Assembly (NCBI GenBank): GCA_018335295.1
Contig: JAGXKI010000002.1
Location: 2,643-66,642 of the forward strand
DNA: 64,000 nt
Direction: 5' to 3'
Source: a bacterium
Lineage (GTDB): Bacteria > Acidobacteriota > Aminicenantia > Aminicenantales > Aminicenantaceae
Shown here: piece after piece, positions 1 to 8,903 of the stretch
Numbering within the stretch: the stretch's first letter is position 1
Layout: every line of letters starts with the position of its first letter
Notes under the pieces: model-generated
Told to the model about the DNA's origin: nothing
The model's database searches: none
The model's input: the letters and a program-made list of their open reading frames with translations, nothing else
Program-made: the position numbers and the translations under genes

Positions 1-105
1 GTCTCTCATATAGTGGAAGCCCACCAAGGCCAACTGGAATTGGAGAGTGAACCGGGTAAGGGGAGCACTTTTTCTCTCTATATTCCTTTGAAGAGGGAAC
101 CATGA
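1..105 (+). CDS. Sensor histidine kinase, C-terminal HATPase fragment (5' truncated by window edge)
   Basis: Frame 1 reads [34 protein letters not shown], the typical HATPase_c ending; its stop overlaps the response regulator ATG (ATGA). Confidence 0.85.
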   Translation, partial: VSHIVEAHQGQLELESEPGKGSTFSLYIPLKREP

Positions 106-794
106 AGCAGATTCTTATTATCGAGGATGATGTGGCCATCCTCCGAGGACTCAAGGATAATCTCGAATATGAGTCATTCAAGGTGCTCACAGCCACCGAT
201 GGTGAACAGGGCTACTGTTTGATTCAAGAAAAAAAGCCTGACTTGATCATCCTGGATTTAATGCTTCCCAAGATGAATGGGTACGAACTCTGCCGAAAAG
301 TCAGAAAAGAAGGAATTTCCATTCCCATTTTGATGTTGACCGCCCGGGGTGAGGAAACGGACAGGATAATGGGATTGGATCTGGGTGCTGATGACTATCT
401 CACAAAGCCTTTTTCCATGCTCGAACTGCTGGCCAGAATCCGTGCCATAATGCGGAGAATCCAGAAAGCCAAGTCTGGAGATTTCCCCAAAAGTTTACAG
501 TTTGGTTCTGTATTCATCGATTTCAAATGTTTCAAAGCCCGAAAAGGGGAGAAGGTTCTGGAATTGTCCCGCAAGGAATTCGGAGTGCTTCGGTTTTTGG
601 CCGCTCGTGAAGGGGAAGCCGTGACCCGGAATGAACTTCTGGATGAAGTGTGGGGGTATGACCAGTATCCCACTACTCGAACGGTGGATAATCATATTGC
701 CTCGCTCCGAAATAAGCTCGAAGATGATCCCTCCAATCCCAAACACTTAATAACTATTCATGGCGTTGGCTATAAGATTGTTCTTGATGAATGA
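102..794 (+). CDS. OmpR/PhoB-family two-component response regulator
   Basis: Receiver domain (IEDD, DLMLP, LTA, KPF) plus winged-helix C-terminus ([24 protein letters not shown]). Confidence 0.95.
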   Translation: MKQILIIEDDVAILRGLKDNLEYESFKVLTATDGEQGYCLIQEKKPDLIILDLMLPKMNGYELCRKVRKEGISIPILMLTARGEETDRIMGLDLGADDYLTKPFSMLELLARIRAIMRRIQKAKSGDFPKSLQFGSVFIDFKCFKARKGEKVLELSRKEFGVLRFLAAREGEAVTRNELLDEVWGYDQYPTTRTVDNHIASLRNKLEDDPSNPKHLITIHGVGYKIVLDE

Positions 795-802
795 GATTTA
801 TA

Positions 803-875
803 TAACAAAAACCCGAAAATTTCATGAAAATCAATTTACAAAAATATTACATAATCAGGACAAGAAGATGACACA
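803..875 (+). promoter_or_regulatory. 11-bp-periodic direct repeats, candidate OmpR/PhoB-family operator
   Basis: TTACA 836, TTACA 847, GGACA 858, TGACA 869, and TAACA 803 in the same phase. Confidence 0.55.
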
Positions 876-932
876 TCTAGAAGCTGAAAGCCTTAGATTA
901 AGGATGAAAATCAAAATGAAAGGAGAAGAATC

Positions 933-3074
933 ATGAGAAAGCATTCAATTTTGATCGCCATCCTGGTCATCCTGGCTTTCAGCTTAGGGAGTCTTAGTCT
1001 TCAAAACGGCTACGACCTGTTCCAAAAAGCCTTGACCAAGGAGCGCGCCGAAGGAAACCTGGAAGAGGCTATCGCCCTCTACCAGAAGGTCATGGAGGTG
1101 TCCAAAGACGAGTCTTTGGCTGCTAAAGCCCAGCTCCGCATAGGGATATGTTATGAGAAGCTGGGAAGGAAGGAGGCAGAAAAAGCCTATCAAAAAGTTG
1201 TGGACAATTATCCTCACCAGACCCATACTGTCAAATTGGCAAAAGAGAAATTATCAGGATTAAAGGAAGGCCGGCCTGTTCTTTCAAAGGAAAGCCCAGA
1301 TTTTTCTATGCGCAAAGTACCCACAGATATTGCTGACGGAATGGGGGAAATTTCTCCTGACGGCCGGTATCTGACGCACACGGATTGGAACACGGGCGAT
1401 CTTGCGGTGCAAGATTTAAAAACCGGAGAAAAACGGCACCTTACCCACAAAGGTTCTTGGCAAGTATCCGAAGCCATGGCTTTCCATTCCAGATGGTCTC
1501 CTGACGGCAAGCAGATTGCTTTTGATTGGTGGGATTGGAGTGAGCCGGGGTTTGTGGGGATTCGTATTGTTCGCCCCGATGGATCGAATCAACGCGATCT
1601 TTATAGAATTGAGGATCAGGTTGAAAGAGTAAGTATCCTCTATGACTGGTCTCCCGACGGAAAGAATATTCTTGCGTCTATTTGGAGTGATTCGGGTTCA
1701 GGAAAAATCGTCCTGATTTCTGTTTCTAACGGTTCCATGCAAATCCTTAAGGAATTTGATTCCAAGCGAACTCGCTATAATCAAATCAACAGAATGTGTT
1801 TTTCTCCCTGTGGTAAATATGTCATATATGACTTTCCGGCTGAAGATTCTCCAAACAGCAACATTTATGTACTGCCGATAGATGAGCAGACTGAAATCCC
1901 CTTGGTTGAACATCCAGCCGATGATATTCTGCTTGAATGGATTTCTGATGGAAATCAAGTGCTCTTTCTCAGCAGCCGCCGGGATAGTCTGGATTTATGG
2001 CGCTTGCCTATGGATGGAGGTAAAGCCGCCGGATCTCCTCAATTAATAATGGAAGGTGTTGGCAGTATTTCTTCACAGGGATACACAAAAAGCGGAGCCT
2101 TTTATTATCTCACAAGAAAGTCAGCTATGAATGTGTTTGTGGCCTCAATAGATGCCGGAAGTGGCAAGGTCGTCGAATTTCCAGGGATACCAATCAAGCA
2201 CATAGGAAAATCCACCCATTCCCCCGATTACTCGGCAGACGGCAAGTACCTGGTTTATGGTGCTGAACGAGGCCCAGCGGGAAATGAACGCACTGTCATC
2301 TGTATCCGCTCACTAGAAACCGGGAAGGAACGAGAACTCTATCCCGAATATAATTTTCAAGATTTCCAGTGGTCTCCCGATAACCGGTATCTTCTCGCGG
2401 TAGCGTGGAACAAAAAAGACAGGACCGGTCATGAATTTCTAGCAAAAATAGATGCGGAAACAGGAGATTTCACCCAAATCTTTCGGTGTAAAAAAGACAG
2501 AACCAAGCAGTCAGCACGGATAGCCATATGGTCTCGTGACGGGAAAACGATCTATCATGTGTTTGAAGAAAGGGATAATAATAAAAGAAGCTACAGAATT
2601 CTCGCCAGAGATTTAGAAAGCGGTAATGTGAAGGAACTTTACCGGGCACCGGATAAAGAACACATAATGAGAGTATCCCTCTCCCGTTCTCCGGACGGCA
2701 GATGGTTGGCCTTTGTCAATGAAGACGAAAAAAAGAAAAGAGTCATCAATATAATTTCGACTTCTGGGGAAAAAAGCCGAAGGCTGTACAGCTTTACAGA
2801 TTCTGTGAACTGGGCAACTCCCACAGAATGGACTCCTGAGGGAAAATATGTCCTTTTTGCACGATCCAACAGCCCAGAAAATGATCCTTCCTATATCGGG
2901 AACAGAGCCGATTTGTGGAGAATTCCTGTTGATGGAGGTGAACCTCAAAACCTGGATATGACCATGTTTCGGTTCTATCAATTGAGTTTTCATCCTGAAG
3001 AGAATTATCTATCTTTCAGTTCGCTCGGTCCTAAAGAGGTTAAACCAGAACTCTGGATGATAGAAAACTTCTAG
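933..3074 (+). CDS. Secreted TPR + TolB-like (PD40) beta-propeller protein
   Basis: Signal peptide, N-terminal TPR (AAKAQLRIGICYEKLG), many WSPDG repeats. Confidence 0.85.
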   Translation: MRKHSILIAILVILAFSLGSLSLQNGYDLFQKALTKERAEGNLEEAIALYQKVMEVSKDESLAAKAQLRIGICYEKLGRKEAEKAYQKVVDNYPHQTHTVKLAKEKLSGLKEGRPVLSKESPDFSMRKVPTDIADGMGEISPDGRYLTHTDWNTGDLAVQDLKTGEKRHLTHKGSWQVSEAMAFHSRWSPDGKQIAFDWWDWSEPGFVGIRIVRPDGSNQRDLYRIEDQVERVSILYDWSPDGKNILASIWSDSGSGKIVLISVSNGSMQILKEFDSKRTRYNQINRMCFSPCGKYVIYDFPAEDSPNSNIYVLPIDEQTEIPLVEHPADDILLEWISDGNQVLFLSSRRDSLDLWRLPMDGGKAAGSPQLIMEGVGSISSQGYTKSGAFYYLTRKSAMNVFVASIDAGSGKVVEFPGIPIKHIGKSTHSPDYSADGKYLVYGAERGPAGNERTVICIRSLETGKERELYPEYNFQDFQWSPDNRYLLAVAWNKKDRTGHEFLAKIDAETGDFTQIFRCKKDRTKQSARIAIWSRDGKTIYHVFEERDNNKRSYRILARDLESGNVKELYRAPDKEHIMRVSLSRSPDGRWLAFVNEDEKKKRVINIISTSGEKSRRLYSFTDSVNWATPTEWTPEGKYVLFARSNSPENDPSYIGNRADLWRIPVDGGEPQNLDMTMFRFYQLSFHPEENYLSFSSLGPKEVKPELWMIENF

Positions 3075-3080
3075 AAAAAT

Positions 3081-3135
3081 AGGGACGGTTCTGTTTTTTG
3101 TCATTCAAACGCTGAAAAACAGAGCCGTCCTTTTT
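3081..3135 (+). terminator. Long hairpin / intrinsic terminator (REP-like GGGAC arm)
   Basis: GGACGGTTCTGTTTTT (3083-3098) pairs with AAAAACAGAGCCGTCC (3115-3130), followed by a T-run, just after the stop codon. Confidence 0.65.
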
Positions 3136-3368
3136 AATCAATAGGGCGTTTTGATTTAATAGGGGGTCCAACCGCTATAAGGCGCTATAATAAAAGACAG
3201 ATTCGTTCGCTTAGGAGAAAACGGAATAGGGGAGAGGGGCTAGCGGTTACTGCTGCAAAAATGAATGTGACACTGTGAACTCAAATGACGGAGCTTCTCC
3301 TTCCGGGCCGAGAATGAAAACAGACCGCGCCAGGCAATCGGTTATAGGGGAGAAGACAGGAAAAGCTA

Positions 3369-3842
3369 TTAACGGTAATCCTTGATGGAAACCAGCTCCG
3401 CCGTCCAAGGGCAGAAACGCCCCACCGTATCTACCCAGTAATCGAGATTCTCCTCCACATGGGAAGGAAGTCCGTCGCAGAGTTCGATGGTGAACTCCGC
3501 CATCTCAATGTCTTCGGAATCAATATGCCAGCTCCACGGCTTGTTGTAGGATACCTGACCTCGAAACAGTTTCCCCGAAGGTATACTGGCATTGCTTTCC
3601 CCCGCCTGAAGGGCGTAGACCTGATCGATAGTCTCCTCATTGGTGATGAAGATTTTGTACCGCTCCCCCTGGACATCAAAGGTCACCAGGATTCCGTCTT
3701 CCAGTTGAGGTGATTCGGGTGAGGAACAACTTAAGAAAAAAAGAGCTGAAATAATAAGGATGAAAGCAAAAGATAACCGCTGTGTGGTGCGCATTTGCGG
3801 TAATCCCGGTTCGTGCCTTGTTCGATTTGGAGGTGTTGCCAT
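3369..3842 (-). CDS. Lipoprotein with BP74-like domain
   Basis: Lipobox LFFLSC; motif YNKPWSWHID..EFTIELCDG.P..VE....W......FCPW resembles BP74/CAM-BP15-like proteins. Confidence 0.65.
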   Translation of the reverse strand: MATPPNRTRHEPGLPQMRTTQRLSFAFILIISALFFLSCSSPESPQLEDGILVTFDVQGERYKIFITNEETIDQVYALQAGESNASIPSGKLFRGQVSYNKPWSWHIDSEDIEMAEFTIELCDGLPSHVEENLDYWVDTVGRFCPWTAELVSIKDYR

Positions 3843-4122
3843 TTTCTATATTAAGTGTTTGTTAATTATTATACCAGATTCAGTTAAAAATGAAGACCAT
3901 TTCGAAAAAATCAGTGACCCAATACCCATTTCCTTATATTCAGAGAGGTTTTTTTTGAGAGTTCGGCAGTTTTTTTAAACTCAGTTTCCTTCCGTGATCT
4001 TTGATCTTTTTCAAACCGTGATTTTCTGCAAATAGAAAAAAATTGTGTAACTAATTTTATTGCTTATACGAGAAAATATAAGTAAAATAGGAAAGAAACA
4101 ATCTCATAAAGGGAGATATGAA

Positions 4123-4896
4123 ATGACAGAGGAAAAAAAACCTGATAAAAAAGGCTTGGGAACCGGCAAAAAAGTAGCTATCGGCTGCGGTGTTGTGGCC
4201 GTGGTTGGGATTATCATCATTGTTGTGGCTGTAATTTCCGGTGGACTGTTTCTCTCCAAAAAAGCCAAAGAAGCCGGCATTGACACTGAGTTGCTGCGTA
4301 AAAACCCAGCCCTGGCAACAGCTAAGATGGTGGTGGCTTCCAATCCAGAGTTGGAACTGGTGAATGTGGATGAAAAATCCGGAACTCTGACCGTCAACAA
4401 CAAGAAGACAGGAGAAACCCTCACCGCTGATTTCAAAGATATTCAGAAAGGCCGTATCACCTTCAAGACAGAGGAAGGAGAAAAGCTGACCCTCCGCACT
4501 GAGGAATCCGGAGTCAAAGCAGAAGTAAAGGATGAGAAAGGGGAAGCCAAGTCAATGGAATTCGGCACATCAGCAGAAAAATCTAAGATCCCCGACTGGA
4601 TTCCTATATTCGAAGGCGAACTCAGCATCTCCTTCACATCTTCAGAAGAAGAGAGCCGCACCGGAACTTTCTCTATTGAAACAGATGCCAGCCCGGAAGA
4701 TGTTCGCGACTTTTACCTCTCCCGGCTGGAAAAACTGGGCTTCAGCATGGAGACCAACTCTTCTGAAACAGAAACAACCCATCTGATCAATCTCTTTTCC
4801 TCGGATGAGGACAATCAACGGGAACTGGTGGTTAATATCCTTCAAGAAGAAGAGGGGGTGACGAACATCACGCTCCAATACCAGGAGAGGAACTGA
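4123..4896 (+). CDS. Single-pass membrane-anchored hypothetical protein
   Basis: ATG at 4123 after GGGAG RBS; hydrophobic segment IGCGVVAVVGIIIIVVAVI; acidic extracytoplasmic domain. Confidence 0.75.
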   Translation: MTEEKKPDKKGLGTGKKVAIGCGVVAVVGIIIIVVAVISGGLFLSKKAKEAGIDTELLRKNPALATAKMVVASNPELELVNVDEKSGTLTVNNKKTGETLTADFKDIQKGRITFKTEEGEKLTLRTEESGVKAEVKDEKGEAKSMEFGTSAEKSKIPDWIPIFEGELSISFTSSEEESRTGTFSIETDASPEDVRDFYLSRLEKLGFSMETNSSETETTHLINLFSSDEDNQRELVVNILQEEEGVTNITLQYQERN

Positions 4897-5470
4897 CCCC
4901 GGCTTGATTTATTTTTTTTGATAAAAAGATACTTTTCCCCTCTGAGAACTCTTCTCACACTAAAAAATAGATTCCCTAGTGGTGAGTGGAAATATGACCA
5001 ATCTAAAAAGAACCATAGAGAAACAAGAGAGCTTTTTGAGAAACTTTTTCCCAAAGTTACTGGGGATGAAGCGGTATTTTTTGTCCCCATCGATAAGGTA
5101 CTAGATCCATTGAAAAATGGAGTTTTGGAATATATTAAAGCGGTAAGTTAATATTTAAAGAGATCACTCTTATATAAATCTCTTAACCAAATACTGTATT
5201 CAACTATGAGTTTTTTTCAGTCAGATTAACTCATTTTCTATGCAGTATTATTTATGGTTACTTACCCCGTGATATGGATTTTGGACTTTGCTTTTCTCGA
5301 ATTAATTATTGTGCAGTCAGAGTAGGGGAGAGAGGGCACATTTTTAGTAATTGAGTCATTTTCCCATCGATGAAGTTGATAAGTGATTTTCCGGACGGTT
5401 TTCCCGGGGATTTTCCTTCACCTGATAACGGATAGTGGGGTCATCCATGAGGAAAGAGAAGAATCACTCT

Positions 5471-5779
5471 TTACTGGTGAGCTTCTTTATAGGTCCTTAC
5501 TTCTTTATCTAACTTTTTTCCTAATTTTTCCTCTTCCACATCTAAATCGTATTGAGCTTGGAGGCCAAGCCAAAATTCAGCTGAAGTGTTGAAATACCTG
5601 GCAAGACGTAAAGCTGTATTAGCGGTTATGCTTCTCTTCTTAAGGACAATCTCATTAATCCGGCGGGCATCAACACCAATATCCAGGGCTAGACGATGTG
5701 GCCTTAATCCCAGCGGCTTTAAAAATTCTTCATACAGTACTTCACCGGGATGAATTGAGGCCAGCTTTTTATCAGTCAT
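5471..5779 (-). CDS. higA: HigA-family antitoxin (HTH XRE)
   Basis: IHPGEVLYEEFLKPLG..RINEIV..KRSITANTALRLARYFNTSAEFWLGLQAQYD. Confidence 0.95.
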   Translation of the reverse strand: MTDKKLASIHPGEVLYEEFLKPLGLRPHRLALDIGVDARRINEIVLKKRSITANTALRLARYFNTSAEFWLGLQAQYDLDVEEEKLGKKLDKEVRTYKEAHQ

Positions 5780-5790
5780 TTCTTCACCTC

Positions 5791-6078
5791 CTAGTGATAG
5801 TCCGTGATTTCAACTCTATATGCGTCATTTTCTCGCCAAAAAAAACACACACGCCACTGTTCATTGATTCTGATCGAATACTGTCCTTTTCGTTTTCCTC
5901 TTAATTTTTCAAATCGATTCCCAGGCGGAGCTTTCAAGTCTTGTAAAGATTGGGAATTGTTCAACATTCTCAGTTTTCTAAGGCCAATTTTCTGAACATC
6001 AACAGGAAATTTCTTCGAGAATTCTCTATGATAAACTTTTTCTGTCTCTTTATCTCCAAAGGACTTAATCACATTCAA
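5791..6078 (-). CDS. higB: HigB-family toxin (RelE/ParE superfamily); true start possibly GTG at 6072
   Basis: IKSFGDKETEKV..RKLRMLN..DLKAPPGNRFEKL.G.RKGQYSIRINEQWRVCF..VEITDYH; lies upstream of higA. Confidence 0.95.
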   Translation of the reverse strand: MNVIKSFGDKETEKVYHREFSKKFPVDVQKIGLRKLRMLNNSQSLQDLKAPPGNRFEKLRGKRKGQYSIRINEQWRVCFFWRENDAYRVEITDYH

Positions 6079-6122
6079 AATATATAGTGGAATACGTTAA
6101 GTGTCAAGCACAATAAATAATA

Positions 6123-6173
6123 GGGACATTTTAACTTATCATCTCATGGGGACATTTTTGCATTGTTACCGCA
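6123..6173. mobile_element. Orphan IS end of IS1202/IS481 type
   Basis: GGGACATTTT at 6123 and 6149, then 15 nt ending GCA; same geometry as the IS end at 49781-49829; no transposase nearby. Confidence 0.5.
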
Positions 6174-6276
6174 GGATGAGGATTTTTTTGGCCGCAAGTA
6201 TCTCTTTTTAGTAGATAAAAAAGAAAAAATAATAAGATACTTTTCCCCAGAATCAAATCTTTTATTCCAATCAGGG

Positions 6277-6307
6277 AAGGCGGTCAGTTAAGCTGGCCGC
6301 CTTTTTT
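6277..6307 (+). terminator. Intrinsic terminator-like hairpin
   Basis: AAGGCGGTCAG-TTAAG-CTGGCCGCCTT followed by a T-run. Confidence 0.55.
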
Positions 6308-6349
6308 ATGGATTGATTCAATGGATGGACAGGACTGAGATTTCACTTT

Positions 6350-6760
6350 TCACTCTAAATCAAGGCGGGGATTGAAAACACCTGTGATTCTTGAACCAAA
6401 GGTATATGATAGGCCGATATTGGCGCTGAATTCATATGATGTCGTCCTTCGGCGCTGCTCCAGAAGAATTTCCTCCAGAGACAAGTCGGCTTTCGGAATG
6501 GCCACCTGGTCGTTAATGAGACTGTAACTGCTTCTGATGTTCAGGGACAGCCCTTTGATGATCCGGAGATTTAAATGTGCAGACAATTCCGTATAGATGG
6601 TCCCAAATTCCGTATTGCTGATATTCAGAAGCTCCTCAATAGAGGGAACATAAAGGGAAATCAAAAAGGTCTGACCAAAGCTGGAGAAAAAAGTCAACAA
6701 AAGCCCAAAGGCCAGTAAGCTCAGTTTGTATCTTAAAAAAGTACTAATCAGTCGTTTCAA
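6350..6760 (-). pseudogene. Chimeric remnant: MFS transporter N-terminus fused to outer-membrane beta-barrel C-terminus
   Basis: aa 1-56 FFSSFGQTFLISLY..FGTIY are MFS TM1/2-like; the rest is amphipathic beta strands ending GLSYTFGS...NPR. Confidence 0.55.
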
Positions 6761-7874
6761 AATTGATCCTTTTTTTAATTAAACCGGTGCCTCATTTTTC
6801 AGTTTCCTTTTATAATGCAGGTTTTTGAATCCACCTTCCGGTAAACCCTGAAATTGCGGTAATCATTGAAAACGTCTCTCTGATTAGAATAAATTATTTA
6901 GTATAGGAGCTATTTTGAAAAAGAGACTTCCCTCCTGAGATCTATCAGCCGGATGAGAAACCCTCCATTTATCCGAGGGCTTATCTATATCTTTTCATTT
7001 TTCTCTATTGCCTATGGCTGGTAGGAAAGCAGAGAAGCAAAACAATTTTCATTTTCTTCTCCTGTGTGAGGATAAATGACTTAAGCACCTCCTGTCAAAA
7101 AGAAATCTACAAACAGGAAATCAGCCTTGATGAGGCTTAGAAAGAATAGAGATCTCTTGAATTTTCGAAAATTTTGATTCTTGGCTTCAGAGTAGGGGAG
7201 AAGGGGGTTGTAATTTTTTTAATTATTATGAGCATTTCAATTAAATATTTTAATATTTTTTATGTTATTTATAAATATATTTAATTTATCATGTCTATAA
7301 TATTAATATTATTAATGAGGTGTTCTTATAAGGACTGTTTTTCATGGATCCTTATATTATTTTTGAATAAGTTCAACATAATACCTAATATAATCAAGGG
7401 ACACGTAACAAATTTCTTAAAATTGATAAATGACATTATTATCCATTTATCATTACTTTCCCAAAGATTTTATCAGAAATTTATTAATATATTGAAATAA
7501 AACGAGATATAGAAAAATTTCACATAATCGATTTGAACAAAAATATACATTTTATACGTTGTAAGTTCAATAATATCAACAAAAATATTTTCTTACTAGC
7601 AACGTTGGGACAGCATAGATTTTTACAAATCCAATTATAATTATAGAGTTTTTAGACTTTTTACAAATTTATTGAGCTTTAAATCACATAATTCTGGATT
7701 CTGCTTTCACGGATTCACGGAAATGATAATACAACAATGACTTTCCGGATTTCTTAAATATTTCGGGTTTGATTTGGATTTTATGGTCTTAAATGTTCTG
7801 GATTACTGTATTCGCAAAAATTAAATGAAAGAAAGATTGATTTGATCTTTATGATTGGAATAATTCTACTTGAT

Positions 7875-7930
7875 TTTTCCACAGTTGCATAAAATGTTGG
7901 GCAGTGGGGTTTTCCACAGGGTGTGAATAA
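7875..7930. promoter_or_regulatory. Cluster of three DnaA-box-like 9-mers
   Basis: TTTTCCACA 7875 and 7910; TGTGAATAA 7922 (reverse complement TTATTCACA). Confidence 0.45.
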
Positions 7931-8019
7931 GCGTCAATCATTCACTATTGATTTGTAATCTATTTGTTATAAATGATTTATGGGTTTATATTTTAATAGT
8001 TTAATTTGAAGGTAAATTA

Positions 8020-8047
8020 ATGTCGCATAAGGTATATTATGTAAACT
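8020..8047 (+). other. dif site (XerC/XerD chromosome dimer resolution site)
   Basis: ATGTCGCATAA-GGTATA-TTATGTAAACT; 11-6-11 layout closely matching E. coli dif GGTGCGCATAA-TGTATA-TTATGTTAAAT. Confidence 0.88.
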
Positions 8048-8066
8048 TTAGTAAAAAAATAAAACT

Positions 8067-8903
8067 TTATTCTTTTTTCAGTTTATTTAAAACATCTTCG
8101 AGTATTTTGATTATATCTTCTTTTTTTACATCTTTATCTTTGAATTCTATCTTTAATCTGTAATCATCGGAATCTTTGGGTTTATAATTATAAACATATT
8201 TCTTTTCTTTATTTTTAGCTTTATCTTTTATTTTTCTGGAAAGATCTCGAGTATCTTCTCTTTTTAAATTTCTTTGAGTGATTTCAGAAATAAGACTTTT
8301 CATGCTTTCGATATCTTTCTGTTTAGCAATTTCAATCAAAGTGCTTCGGCTTGTGATTTGAAATTTTTGACATAATTCTCTTATTTCCCTTGGAATATTA
8401 GCTATATTTATTATTTCTGTAATGGTGGATCTGGCTTTTCCTATGTTTTTTGATATTTTTTCATGATTGTACCCGTAGACTTCATTCATAATCTTTAATC
8501 CATCTGCTTCTTCGAAAACATTTAGGTTTTTCCTTTGTAAATTTTCGATTAAAGCTAATTCCATGGCTTCATTATCTTTGACATCTAATTCAATGCACGG
8601 AACTTCTTTCAACCCCACGTTTTTGGAAGCCATGTATCTTCGTTCCCCCGCAATAATTTCATAATTATTTCCTTTGGATCGGACAAGTAAGGGTTCAATC
8701 ACTCCTTTTTTCTGGATTGAATTCATCAATTCTTCTAGATTTCCAAGCTCACTTCGGGCTTGTTGAGGGTTAGGGTTTATCTTGTCTATAGAAATCATTC
8801 TTATTCGGGGACCTTGATTTCTTGTAGACAATAAATCTACAAAATGATTGTCGTGTCTCATCGAAATGGTCTTGGGGAGACCGCTTTTTTTACTCTTTGG
8901 CAC
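8067..8903 (-). CDS. parB: ParB/Spo0J-family partition protein (atypical)
   Basis: PNPQQAR, GVIEPLLVR, IIAGERRY CTP-binding motif, ALIENLQRKNLN, HTH; overlaps the parA stop. Confidence 0.93.
   Translation of the reverse strand: MPKSKKSGLPKTISMRHDNHFVDLLSTRNQGPRIRMISIDKINPNPQQARSELGNLEELMNSIQKKGVIEPLLVRSKGNNYEIIAGERRYMASKNVGLKEVPCIELDVKDNEAMELALIENLQRKNLNVFEEADGLKIMNEVYGYNHEKISKNIGKARSTITEIINIANIPREIRELCQKFQITSRSTLIEIAKQKDIESMKSLISEITQRNLKREDTRDLSRKIKDKAKNKEKKYVYNYKPKDSDDYRLKIEFKDKDVKKEDIIKILEDVLNKLKKE

Noticed and set aside
4918-5151. 77-aa ORF as an intact gene
   Set aside because: TTG start without RBS and no recognisable domain; at best a fragment
7291-7500. 69-aa ORF in the AT-rich tract
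   Set aside because: I/L/N/K-rich composition expected from AT-rich non-coding DNA; no RBS or motif
6800-8060. oriC call based on AT-richness, DnaA-like boxes and adjacent parAB
   Set aside because: No dnaA, dnaN, gidA or rpmH nearby; a dif site is present; gene orientation and C-rich + strand to the right fit a terminus
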